64,000 bases of DNA, taken from Octopus sinensis (lineage: Eukaryota). Shown here piece after piece: positions 51,290 through 63,145 of the stretch. Made by a program: the position numbers and the translations under genes. The notes under the pieces are model-generated. The model searched no databases. It was not told the DNA's origin and saw only the letters and a program-made list of their open reading frames with translations. Positions within the stretch are counted from its first letter, which is position 1. Each line of letters begins with the position of its first letter. The DNA is taken from contig NC_043009.1 of the NCBI RefSeq assembly GCF_006345805.1, forward strand, positions 37,634,001 through 37,698,000, read 5' to 3'.

Positions 51290-51875
51290 GGCTGTGAGGT
51301 AAGAAGCTTGCAGAAACGTTAACACGCCGGGTGTAATGCTTAGCGGTATTTCGTCTGCCCTTATGTTCAAATTCCGCTGAGGTCGACTTTGCCTTTCATC
51401 CTTTCAGGGTCGATAAATTAAGTATCAGTTACGCACTGGGATTGATGTAATCGACTTAGTCCCTTTGTCTGTCCTTGTTTGTCCCCTCTATGTTTAGCCC
51501 TTTGTGGGCAGTAAAGAAATAAGAAGGTTGCTTCCCAACCACTTGGTTCAGGGTTCAGTTCTACTGCAGGGTACCTTGAGCAAGTGTCTTCTACTATAGT
51601 GTTGGGCCAACCAAAGCCTTGTGGGTGGATTTGGCAGACAGAAACTGAAAGAAGCTCATTGTATATATGTATGTATTTATGTGTGTGTGTTTCTTTCCCA
51701 CTGCCATTGCTTGACAACCAATGCTGGTGTGTTTATGTCCCTGTAACTTAGCAATTTGGCAAAGAGATCAATAGAATAAGTACTAGGCTTACAAAGAATA
51801 AGTCCTGGGGGCGATTTCTTCGACTTTAAGGCAGTGCTCTAGCATGGCTGCAGTCAAATGACAAACAAATAAAAG
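51290..51875 (+). mobile_element. Family-A SINE with a family-C SINE inserted in its head (51312-51519)
   Basis: TSD TAAGAAG(C/G)TTGC at 51300-51311 and 51520-51531. Confidence 0.85.
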
Positions 51876-54061
51876 AATATATATATATACATATATATAT
51901 ATCCAGGGAATGGCATTGGACATTTTGGAGATCTTTTGCTTGTGCTTGACATCATTGCATTCTCACATTCCTGAGCCCGAAACCCATACTGGTACTAGAT
52001 ATCTTGTATTGGCTTGTGTCTGGATCATGCCAATAGGTTGGAGAGGGTCTCTGAGAAATCCTAAGCCTTATTGGACCTAAAATTTTGCACAGGCTTTGCT
52101 GACATCTTGTATGAGTATTGCTGCTTGAGTACACAATGATCCTCCTGAGTCATGAGAGTGGACAGTCATCGTGTATATCATCGTGTCTTTGTGTTTCTAT
52201 GTGTTCCTTCACCACCATCTGGTGTTGGCCTGTTTATATCCCTGTCACTTAGCAATTTGGCAAAAGCCTACTAGAATAAGTATCAGGCATAAAACAATAA
52301 GCACTGTTCAACTAAATCTTTCAAGGCAGCACTCCAGCATGGTCACAGCCCAATGACTGAAACAACTAAAAGATCTTATGCACATACAACACACCTCTGG
52401 TAATTAAAAAGGTATTCACCCCTAGTAGAAGGCTCTTTATTATTGCATTGATTCTTTAGATTCTAACTGGGCAGTTTACAAGCTCAACAAGCTGTGACAC
52501 ATTTTATTACACACAGAGAAAACAGAATTTATTAACATACAGCAACAACAGAAACAATTCTATACCTGTCTCTTGCTCGTTAAATATTTATAAGACAGAA
52601 ATGATAGATGACAGAATAGCATTTTGTCTATGTATATATATGTCCCTCGTTGTGGATTTGATGGAATTTGGTTGCTATATCTAGTAGGTCAAGAGACTTA
52701 TTCCTTAGCATGAAGTGTACCTGTGGATATTGTTCAAAGAACAATTAGAGAAATTTTTATCTGATATACCAAATGAACCTACATCATGGAAAGAAATGTA
52801 AAGAAAGGCAGCTGTGTCCACCTCATTACATTGCCAGCACCGATTCTGGAGATAGGGTTGAGAAGTGACTCTAAAATAAGCAAGCATTAGCGCTCATGAT
52901 GGTGCCCCAGCAAGACACAGCCTCTGGCTGAAATTGATAAAATAACAATATATATGGAGAGAGAGATGCACATGTTGGATGTTTGTATTATCTGTGCTGT
53001 GTCTGATTGATTGTTCATTAACTTTATGATTAAAAACAGTCCAGCTGTGATCATCCCACCTTTTCCAGACTAACCAGATATAACTTTTCTTTAAGTTGAT
53101 AGAATATGATTTGGAAGAGATAATTACTATTATTTCTAATAGGTCTAAGCTTCCTCGTTGCCCCATCCTGTATGCTGTGTAATTGTATCTGTATGTTGTA
53201 TGTGTGTATGCATCGTGTCTATACATATATATATATACAGTGTGTTTAGTTAAGACAACCACACACACTATGATGGGTTAGCTGGCCAAAACTTCAAAGT
53301 TACTGTCAACAAGATTCTTGTTTAGGAATAATAAAATTTGTACTGGTAGTCTGAAAATGGCTTAGCTGGCCAAAACTTTGAAGTCGTTGTCACGAGTTCA
53401 GTCCCACTGCGTGGCACCTTGGGCAAGTGCCTTCTACTATAGCCTCAGGCTGACCAAAGCCTTGTGAGTGGATTTGGTAGATAGAAACTAAAAGAAGCCC
53501 ATCGTATATGTGTGTTTGTGTGTCTGTGTTTGTCCCTACACTATCACTTGACAACCAATGCTGGCATGTTTATGTCCCCATAACTTAGCAGTTCAGCAAA
53601 AAGACACCGATAGAATAAGTACTAGGCTTACAAAGAATAAGTCCTGGGGTCGATTTGTTCGACTAGAGGATTGAAACAAATAAAAAAATAATAAAGATAG
53701 ATAGATGTATTGTTTGCCTTACTGTATATATGATGAGCGTATATGTGTCTGTGTGTGCATCTGCGTAGCTAATAAGTAGTGCAATTTCAATAGGAAACTG
53801 TTTATATTTACTTGTAACTATGTCTTATCAATATTCTATTCTTCCTTGACACTCTGAGATTCTCGGCAGGAAATAAATTTATCATTAATGGTTGTCAGGA
53901 AATGTTGTTTTGTCTGTGTGTTGTCTAGAAGCTTGTTTAGATAGATAGATAGATATGTGTATCCTGTCAACTATGGTAACAGCAAACACACACACACAAA
54001 AAAAAAACACATGTAAACATGACACATACAAAGACAACACAAATACATAGAAACACATAAT

Positions 54062-54122
<61 letters not shown>

Positions 54123-54140
54123 ATATAGATATATATATAG

Positions 54141-54175
<35 letters not shown>

Positions 54176-54673
54176 TATGCATATGCATGCACACACACAC
54201 ACTTGATGGGTTTCTTTCCGTTTCTGCTTATGAAATCCACTCACAAGTCTTTGGTGAGCCTAGGGCAAAAGTAAAAGACTTTGCCCAAAATGCCATATAG
54301 TGGGACTGAACCTGAGAACACATGGTTAGGAAACAAGTTCCTTAACCACACGATCATACCTACCCTTATTAAGAAATATTTATACACAAGTTTAGTATGC
54401 ATCAAAAACGATGGGGTTTATTTGGGAGTGGAATATATTATGCAAACATACATTTTTGGTTATGGTTTGTACGGTGCAGGCATGGCTGTGAGGTAAGAAG
54501 CTTGTTTCCCAACCACACGGTTCTGGGTTCAGTACCACTGCATAGCACTTTGAGCAAGTGTTTCCTACTATAATCTTTGGGCCCGCCAAAGCCTTGTGAG
54601 TGGATTTGGTAGATGGAAGCTGAAAAAAAACCTGTTGTGTATGTGTGTGTGTATATATCCATATATAAACAAA

Positions 54674-55057
54674 CTAGCAGTATTGCCCGGCGTTGCTCGG
54701 GTTTGTAAGGGAAATAACTATATAAGCATTTTTAGAGATGTAAAGTATAATAGCCATCTCAATATGGCTAACCACAAAGGGGGGGGGGGTTACTGCAGCT
54801 TTTTACGTTCTGAGATTTAATGAATTTTTAGAGAGTTACTTCCCTTATATATGCCAAAAATGGGAAAAATTGATGGTAAATTTTTTTTTTAATCGTAGAC
54901 TCTTCATAAACGCGCGCTAATACCCAGAAGGGCTCGATATGAATCACGACTATAAGATACCCGGTTTTGGTTAAACTGCACTGTAAAATGTGGGAGTAGT
55001 TAGGAATCTAAATCGTAGGAGACAGACAGCACACAACCTTACTTTTATATATAAAGA
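54674..55057 (-). mobile_element. Non-autonomous Helitron-like element (384 bp)
   Basis: On the minus strand: 5' TC-TTTATATATAAA and 3' CCCGAGCAACGCCGGG hairpin plus CAATACTGCTAG. Inserted between A and T. Confidence 0.85.
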
Positions 55058-55098
55058 TATATGCACTTATATCCGTAGATACATATGTATATACATAC

Positions 55099-55146
<48 letters not shown>

Positions 55147-55334
55147 GTGACCCCTTCGGTTATGAATGACCAAGAGATTGCACCTAGAAAGTTACATTCC
55201 GAGGCACGAGTCTGGGCAAGGTTGTTTATGGAAGACCAGCAGTCGCCTATGCATACCAGCCTCCCCTCTCCCTGCCACCGATGTTATCCAAGGGAAAGGC
55301 AAAGGCTGATACAGCTTGACACCAGTGACGTCGC

Positions 55335-55632
55335 AGCTCATTTATCAATATGCAAGTGGCTGAGCATTTCAAAGACACAAGTACCCTTAACGTAGTTCTC
55401 GGGGAGATTCAGCGTGGCCCTTTGAAATACAGGTACAGCAGAAACAGGAAGAAAGAGAGAAAGTTGTGGTGAAAGAGTACAGCAAGGTTCACCACCACTC
55501 CTTGCTGGAGCCTCTTGGTGCTTTAAGGTGTTTTTGCTCAATAAACACTAACAATGCCCAGTCTGGGAATCGAAACCGCGATCCTACGAGCGCAAGTTTG
55601 CTGCCCTAACCACTGGGTCATTGCACCTCCAC
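55335..55632 (-). mobile_element. tRNA-head SINE sharing its head with 60962-61250 but with a different body
   Basis: Head GTGGAGGTGCAATGACCCAGTGGTTAGG...GGTTTCGATTCCCAG. Confidence 0.75.
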
Positions 55633-56744
55633 TATATATATATAATTTTTTTTATATATTATTATATTAATATAAAAAAAAATTTTTGTATAAGTTTTTA
55701 CAGAATATTGTTCTTTTCCATACTGAAACTACTTATCTTTTATTAAACTTTTAATACCTTTGATATATATTTAAAATAATATAAATTAATTAATTTTATG
55801 TATTGGCTTTTTTCATTGTTTGATTTGCCTAATAGTGGTTTTATCTCTAATTTAATATAATATAATATTTTACTATAAAATTGGATTCAATCCTAAATCT
55901 GATTTTTCCCTGTAAGTTTGGATTTATTCCCTAATATTTTATTATATATATATATACACACACGCACACACACAAATATTTGTATATATGGTGAGTGCAA
56001 AACTTCATCAAGCTGGAATTAGTGAACCTTAGGTGCCTAGTATGCTTTCAATTAATTCTGGCTTGACAAACCTTAGTACATGCCAGCAAATTTATTTTTT
56101 GCTGTTTACTCATAAGAACAGCAGTTCTTAGCAGGTTATGAACAAGTGATTCATAATCCTGCTTGGTGTGTTTTCACAATTTACAAGGTAAAATTCTCCT
56201 CCATGGCAGTGAAGGTCTTTCTATGTTTTGAGTGAACATGCATGGACATTTTACTGTGAATTTCAGACTGCAAGACAGGGGCTTCCTCTGTATTGTCTTG
56301 ATATGACTTAGTTTCTATCTGTTCTCATTTTAGAATGACCTTATATTCTCTGCCTTTTCTCCTTTTAACATTCCTCTACACTCCACAATAATTGCAAATC
56401 CAAGTTTTCTACAAAGGTTCTATCTCATTCTCCCTCTGACAATGGAACAGATCACTGCTATATCTCGTTTTCCTTCCGATGATGGAATGAATCACTGATA
56501 AATGGATAGCTACCACTTGTTTTGTACAAGGTGCACCGTCTGTGCACCTTTTCGTAAAACATGCACACTTGTTTGCTTCCTCCTTATGATCTATACTCAT
56601 GTAGCAACTCAACCATTATCTTTAAAGATATGAATGCCAAATGCCATAATTTAAACTGATGCCAGTTGTTTTGCCTGGTTATACTTTTATCCTATTAGTA
56701 ATCTATCTATACATACATATATATATATATAGATAGATAGATAG

Positions 56745-56782
<38 letters not shown>

Positions 56783-57426
56783 CATACACACGCACGTGTG
56801 TGTTTATGTATATGTACAAGTATATTTATTTTGGTTGTTTATGTCTAAATATGTTCTACACAAAATATAAGGTCATGACCCATTTATTTGTTTGTGTTCT
56901 TGGATGTGTATATCTGTTTCATAACTTAATTCCTAAGACAGTTACAAGATAGATACCTTAATATCCAAAGCTCACATGACCATTGTTCTCAACAATCTTT
57001 TTCTGTATTGCTTCTCTTTCTTTTCCTCCTGTTTTCTTTAATTCCTTTTCTTTTCTCTCTCTCATTTATCTCAATATACTTATAAAAGATTCTTGTCCTC
57101 TATTCTACTATAAGCATTTTCTTCTATGAGTGTTAATGTAATAAAGTATTCTCTTGAAGAAATGCTGTGGATCAGCATCCCACTGCACTATTAACACTGC
57201 TTGCAGAAGATGTAAATAGTGAGAATGGTGAAACTTGTGTAGGAATCAAATGTTATAAACTGATGGTTGTGTTTAACCTATTTTGTCCAATATTTGCTCT
57301 ATATCTAATAACTAGTAATACTGCTAGATGATACTGTGTGACACCGTAGGCGTCTTCTGCTATAGCCTCAGATCGACCAAAGCCTTGTGAGTGGATTTGG
57401 TAGATGGAAACTGAGAGAAGTCTGTC

Positions 57427-57478
<52 letters not shown>

Positions 57479-57759
57479 ACATCATCGTTTAACATCTGGT
57501 TTGATGGTTTGACTGAGGTCTGGAGAACCAGTGGCTGTACCTGGCTCCAATCTGATCTGGCATTTCTACAGATGGATACCCTTCCTAAAGCCAACCACTC
57601 TGAGAATGTGGTGAGTGCTTTTTACATGCCACTGGCACAGGAGCCAGTCAGGTGGTCCTAGCATCGACCACGTTCAGATAGTGTTTTTTACGTGGCACCA
57701 TAAGTATTTAAACATGTGCACTTCATTCACTGCTATGCCCATAAATTTAATTTAGTCTT

Positions 57760-59150
57760 GAGTAAAAGTGCTGAGAAGGTGTGCATTTACATCTTCCGGT
57801 ACCAAGTGGAAAAATGTTTTTAGGCAGTTTAATGTCAGGTATTCAATCACTGTGTGAAACAAAATGGAAGAACTGTGTAATCCATAATACATGAAAACTT
57901 GAAAAATGCCTTTACGAGTATTCTAGGCTCTACTGAAGATACACTTTGTCAAACAGAGAATCTATTGGCAAAGTTGAATAATTTTACATTCGTGTTTTTT
58001 CATCAATTGTTTTCCTAAGATACTTTCTCAGGCTGGAAAAGTCTTTGATATTCTACAGTGTAAGCTACTCGGCATAAAGCATGGTCAGAGTAAACTAAAT
58101 GACCTCATTCATTGTGTTGAAGGTTATTGTAAGGACAAACATTATGTAAACATTCTGCATAATACAGCTGCTGTCACTCAACAGGCAGATGAGTCTGATC
58201 CTCCTTCTAGAAAAAGAGTCAGAGGTGCATAAATTACAAAACTGCCTATTTTGAAATCTCTCTATATATAAAGCTGAAGTTGTCTGTGTATGGCAGGTTT
58301 GGTAGCCTTCAACTAACACTATCTCCTTCGAGACCCTGCGGCACAATTTGACCAAAATTGAGAGTATGATAGAAGGCTTGTTCTTCCTTCCAAAGAAGAA
58401 AAAATTCAAATCGGACCATGTTAACACCAAAAATTATTTACATCAAAAAGGTATTTTTTTTCTATGAAAATCCCTATTTTTTATGATTTTTTGACTGCCG
58501 TGTCGCCATTTTTCAGTGTCTTTCAACCAGAAAAATGTTCACTTAAAGAGAATAACAAGCTACATAATGCAAAATTTTTACTTTTCAAAAATTCCTATTC
58601 TAAAGGGTCAAACTCGAGCAACGCCGGGCAATACTGCTAGTAATTGATAACATTCTAATGTCCTTATGAGAGAGATTTTCTGGCATTCAGGAATATGCAT
58701 TTTTTTAATTACTAGATATGAATAAGTTTAAAGAGTTTGCTAACTCATTTCCCATGCAACATATGGACTCTCTAGAAAACAAGTATCCATGTATTATTGA
58801 CTGTAAGAGCTTAGTGAATGAGCTAAAATATATATATATTGACAGTAATTTCAAAAAGTGCAAGTCAACCAACTCCTTTTTAGAATTACTGTATAAATTG
58901 GAATAGACTTCCGCTATGCCGGAATCCATTAAACTAATTAGGTTAGTGCTGACCATCCCCTTAACATCAGCTGCTAATGAGAGAAGCTTCTCAACGTTGG
59001 ATAGAATCTGCTCATATCTGAAAAGCACAATGGCCCAAAAATCACTGTCTTCACTGGCTTGTCTTTCCATTGAGAAAAGCATTTTGAAGGACTTGGACAA
59101 CAAGGAGTTGCATGGCAAAATATTACACTAGTTCACCATCAAACCATGAT
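57760..59150 (+). mobile_element. Decayed hAT transposase (core remnant plus C-terminal dimerisation domain)
   Basis: LTIPLTSAANERSFSTL...LKSTMAQKSLSSLACLSIEK (58916-59131). AYFEIIDNILMSL*ERFS is restored once the Helitron is removed. Confidence 0.85.
58257..58640 (+). mobile_element. Non-autonomous Helitron-like element (384 bp) nested in the hAT ORF
   Basis: A|TC start, CTCGAGCAACGCCGGGCAATACTGCTAG|T end, no TSD. Confidence 0.88.
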
Positions 59151-59243
59151 GACTGGAGTTCATGTATAATTGGAGTAATTTTTATATTAAAACTATATTT
59201 CCGCATGGAGGGTATTTATAAGTCATTTAAAAACACACTTTAT

Positions 59244-59510
59244 AAGGTGTTTATAAGCCATTTAAAAATTCACTTCAATATTTAAATTGTCAAAATATCT
59301 TCGTCGCTTTGAGACTATGATCTGTTCACTGACAAAATTCCGTGCTGCAGCATGGGATTTTGTCAGTGAACAGGTTGTGTTGCAGCACAGAATTTTGTCA
59401 GTGAACAGGTCGCAGTCTCAAAGCGACGAAAATATTTTGACAAATTAAATTTAAATGTTGAAGTGAATCTAACGGTTTTTGTGTGTTTTTAAATGGCTTA
59501 TAAACACCTT
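59244..59510. repeat. Fold-back (palindromic) MITE-like element with an internal duplication
   Basis: Arms AAGGTGTTTATAAGCCATTTAAAAA...GACAAAATTCCGTGCTGCA and its reverse complement. Confidence 0.8.
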
Positions 59511-60179
59511 CCACACTGCACTTGTTTTTGTTTCAGCACATGATCTCAGATCAGGTCACTTGCTGTGCAAGTACATCTCCGTAATAACTATATTTCTGTC
59601 TTGTTAGATTATCAGCACACATATAAATCTGGGTGTGCATTACGTCTCTTACCTTCTTTTATACATGTATCTTATGCAAAATCTGTGATAAGCCCAAGTG
59701 ACATTGATGACCTGGAGTCACCTCTGATGTATATATGTGTATATATATGTACACACACATATAAATAAAAAGAGAGAGATATATAAATAAAAACAAAGGA
59801 ACACTGAACACATGTTATGGAAGTTAAACATTTATATTAATCTCAGTTGATTAAAAAATTTCCCCTTGCAATATTACATATCAGAAGGTTTCATCAAGGT
59901 TCTTCCCCTCTACCCAACCTATATACACATACACACACATTCAAATCGACCTTGGTGGAATTTTGAACTCAGAACATAAGGGGTCAGAATAAATGTCACT
60001 GTGTATCTTTGTCTGATGTGCTAAGGATTCTGCTAGTTCGTTCCCTTATATGTACATATTAAATAAATACAGTAATATAAAAATTTATGCACATATATGT
60101 TAAACAGTTGAGATAAACACACAGACCTACAAATATATACACACACAGATGTTTAAATGCACAAGCATAAGACTCATTG

Positions 60180-60615
60180 TTGGAGACAAAGTGATGCCAC
60201 TGGACATGAAGTATGCGGCGTAGACAGAGGTGATTGAAGGATTCTAGTCGCTTAATATCTTCCACCCTTATCAGCCAACGCAGACGTCTGCGTTGGCTGG
60301 GTCATGCCCTCCGTTGTCAACCAGGAGAATTCATCTACGAAGCAATTGCCCCAGCTCCCCTTCAGGGTTGGCAAAAGCGATGTGGTGGACAACGAAAATC
60401 CTGGCTGATGACAGTCAAGGCTGATCTGGAACCCAACCTAGGCCCCCATATCTACGGTGTTCATGGCTGGAATAGGGAGTGGTTGGAGATCATGCGGTTG
60501 TTAGCCTCAAATCACGAGGTCTGGTCTGCGTTTGTGAGCGATGCAGCATTGAGGATTAATGAAGCCAGCTCCACCCACCCTGGGTGAATGCTGTCTAAAG
60601 ACAAGACAAGAAGAC
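60180..60615 (+). mobile_element. RTE-type LINE 3' fragment with an inverted 5' segment, 11-bp TSD and (ACAAG)n tail
   Basis: Minus strand EDIKRLESFNHLCLRRILHVQWHHFVSN. Plus strand RLRWLGHALR...GGQRKSW...*. TSD AAGACTCATTG at 60169-60179 and 60616-60626. Confidence 0.88.
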
Positions 60616-60961
60616 AAGACTCATTGGGAATGCTGGACTCATAAATAATTTATTATCATTTTGATTTTGATATTCCATTAGCGAATATAGATTAAGAGTC
60701 ACTGCCCAGGGCACACAAACATGCAGCTTCAAAGGATGACAAAGACAGACATATGAGATAAAAGAAGTGCATAATATGTTGAGAAGTGACAAAGAAAATG
60801 AATGTGTTGGGTGGAGAAATTAAAGATAAGTTTTCATACTGCTTGATATAGAGAATCCTAGATTGAAAACAAGCCATTGTTGCCTAAGTAATGCTTGGGA
60901 TGTTATTATTATCATCAAAGAAATGTTTCTGGATTCAATTAGCATACAATATAATATATTA

Positions 60962-61250
60962 GGTGGAGGCGCAATGGCCCGGTGGTTAGGGTAGCAGACT
61001 CACGGTTGGAGAATCATGGTTTCGATTCCCAGACCGGGCATTGTGCGTGTTTATTGAGCGAGAACACCTAAAAGCTCCACGAGGCTCCGGCAGGGGGTGG
61101 TGGCGATCCCTGTTGTACTCTTTCGCCTGTTGTACTCTCTCTTCTTGAGTAACGCTGCGATGGACTGGCATCCTGTTCAGCTGGGGGGAACACATATGTT
61201 ACAGAAACCGGGCCCATGAGCCTGGCTAGGCTTGAGAAGGGAGAAAAAAA
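60962..61250 (+). mobile_element. Full-length tRNA-derived SINE with a V/Meta-domain-like core
   Basis: A-box TGGCCCGGTGG, B-box GGTTTCGATTCC, core GTAACGCTGCGATGGACTGGCATCCTGTTCAG...ACAGAAACCGG and an A-rich end. The superfamily assignment is from memory of consensus sequences. Confidence 0.7.
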
Positions 61251-61704
61251 ATATTAGAGGGTATGAGATTTTTTTTGGCACTGCTTATTTCGTGTTACTG
61301 ATCCGATGCTGATTTATTTGACATAGGATGTTTTAATGTTTCTCTCTCTGTTTATGTGTGTGAGTGACCACATTACTCTATGTGTATGAAGAGAGGTAAA
61401 TTTTAATGTCAGCTGTGTTCAGTTAATAAATTGTACTCTCTCTCTCTCTCTCTCCCTATCTCACTCTCTATCTATATGTGTATATTTTTATACTTTCATG
61501 TGTGTGTGTGTGTTTGCCTCCAGTGCCAAAAAGCAGTGTCACCAAAACCAGTTCAAAGTCCAGTCGATTATGTTAAATCACCAGTATCTAAACAGCCATA
61601 CCTAATCCTCTTATTCTGTATATTAAATTAGCAGGTGCTGTCAAAATGTTGGAAACTTTTAACACTGGACTTGGTGCTACTTAGAAATAGGCATTTGGAG
61701 TTAA

Positions 61705-61924
61705 CCCTTTCGTTACCAACCCGTCTGAAACCGGCTCTGGCTCTGAGTACAAATGTCTTGCTTTCATAAGTTTTCAATTAAAATCTTCCACCATACCTTA
61801 GTCACTATTAATGTTCCTAACACTAGCTGAATGATAACAAAGTTATTTTACTAAATTCGTTCTTATATTTAAAGTAATTGAAAGAAACACAGAGCATCTC
61901 AAAATAAATACAGTAATGCAAGGG
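61705..61924. mobile_element. piggyBac-like MITE, same family as 42733-42957 in opposite orientation
   Basis: TTAA flanks at 61701-61704 and 61925-61928, with CCCTT termini. Confidence 0.8.
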
Positions 61925-61929
61925 TTAAG

Positions 61930-62480
61930 GGGCAAATACTGCATCAATTGTAGGTGCAAGGGAAGGCTCCAGATTGGGTGTGATAGCGAATCATAGAGTT
62001 CTTGACCAGAATACATAGACTTTTGTCATGCTTGAAGGAGAGGAAATGAAGGCTCAGTGGAAATGAAGTGGAAGCAGTGGCAAGGTTGGACTGGAAAAGA
62101 TGGAAGCAGGCAGGTTCAGTGGTAGAAGTGTAAGTGAATGGGTGTAGAGCATTAGGGCAGCTGATAGCCTTAACTTGGTGGTGGTGGGCTGAGTCCACAG
62201 CAGTTTGTGGGTACTCCTTCACAGGGCAAAAGAAGCACATTGGAAGGACTTAGTCCTTCTTGGAGAGGTAACAGAGATTGAATGGGGATGTAAAATTTAG
62301 TGTGAGTGGAATGGGGGAGGGGAAGTGGAATAAAGTTTGGTAAAAGATGGAGATGGAGAAGTGGGTATGTATGCATCAGTGGAGATGTTTAAGAAACTGA
62401 CAGAAATGTCTGAGAGGGAAGTGAATTCTAGTGTTGAAGAGAAAAGGGCTACTAAAATAAGTGAAGGAAGTGAAGTGGTG
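61930..62480 (-). mobile_element. Highly decayed Penelope-like element remnant
   Basis: KEYPQTAVDSA and SFKHDKSLCILVKNS...GAFPCTYN*CSIC resemble the region between PLE RT and GIY-YIG. Confidence 0.45.
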
Positions 62481-62734
62481 TGATACATTCATTGATATAA
62501 CTGAACAAAAAATTTGTGTTGCAAATTAGTCAAGAAAAATTGGTATAGAAGGCGGCCAATCATGGTTCCATGGCCACTCCAGTGAACTGGTAAAAGAAAC
62601 TCACTGGAAGCAAAGCAGTTTAAGGTGAGAAGTTTTAAGAAGGCTGCTAAGTCTCTTTGCCATCTTTCGTTGATTAGTTACCTGGAAGAAAAAAAAAAAA
62701 CTGAGTGAAATATTTGTACATGAAAAAAAAAATG

Positions 62735-63145
62735 CATGGCTGTGTGGTTAAGAAGCTTGCTTTGCAAACATGTAGTTTTAAGTTCAGTCCTACGCATGGT
62801 ACCCAGGGTAGGCGTCTTTTACTATAGCCCTGGGCTGACCAATGACTTGTGAGTAAATTTAGTAGGCAGAGACTGTGCGGAAACCCATTGCATGTATATG
62901 TGTGTGACTGTGTGTGTGTGTTTTTGTGTCTGTCAGACACTCCCACCCCACTCACCGCTTGACAACCAGTGTTGTGTTGGTTTGTTTCCATCCCTCTAAC
63001 TTAAAGGTCCAGCAAAAGAGACCAAGAGAATGAGTACCAGACTTAAAAACAAACAAGTATAAGTATTAGGAGCGATTTCAGTTAAAACCTTTCAAGGTGG
63101 TGTCCCAGTATGTCCACCATCCAATGAATGAAACAAATAAAAGAT
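62735..63145 (+). mobile_element. Family-A SINE, diverged
   Basis: Homology to the family-A copies. Confidence 0.8.

Noticed and set aside
52810-52850. RCWQC reminiscent of the HSCB (Hsc20) RCWNC motif
   Set aside because: The second CxxC and the J-domain are absent, so no gene name was assigned.
53278-53394. 17-bp exact (about 31-bp imperfect) direct repeat 84 bp apart
   Set aside because: Only two copies. Likely a small local duplication next to a truncated SINE.
53885-54244. ORFs made of YI/CV/HT repeats (also 50283-50525, 24804-25133, 475-825 and 57404-57661)
   Set aside because: Translations of microsatellites and low-complexity DNA.
59653-59682. 30-nt minus-strand phase 2-2 segment with a GTAAGA donor
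   Set aside because: Weak acceptor. A similar alternative exists near 60846-60863, showing such chains arise by chance.
61522-61600. SP-rich peptide CQKAVSPKPVQSPVDYVKSPVSK on the + strand
   Set aside because: No strong donor, no connected exons and no recognised homology.
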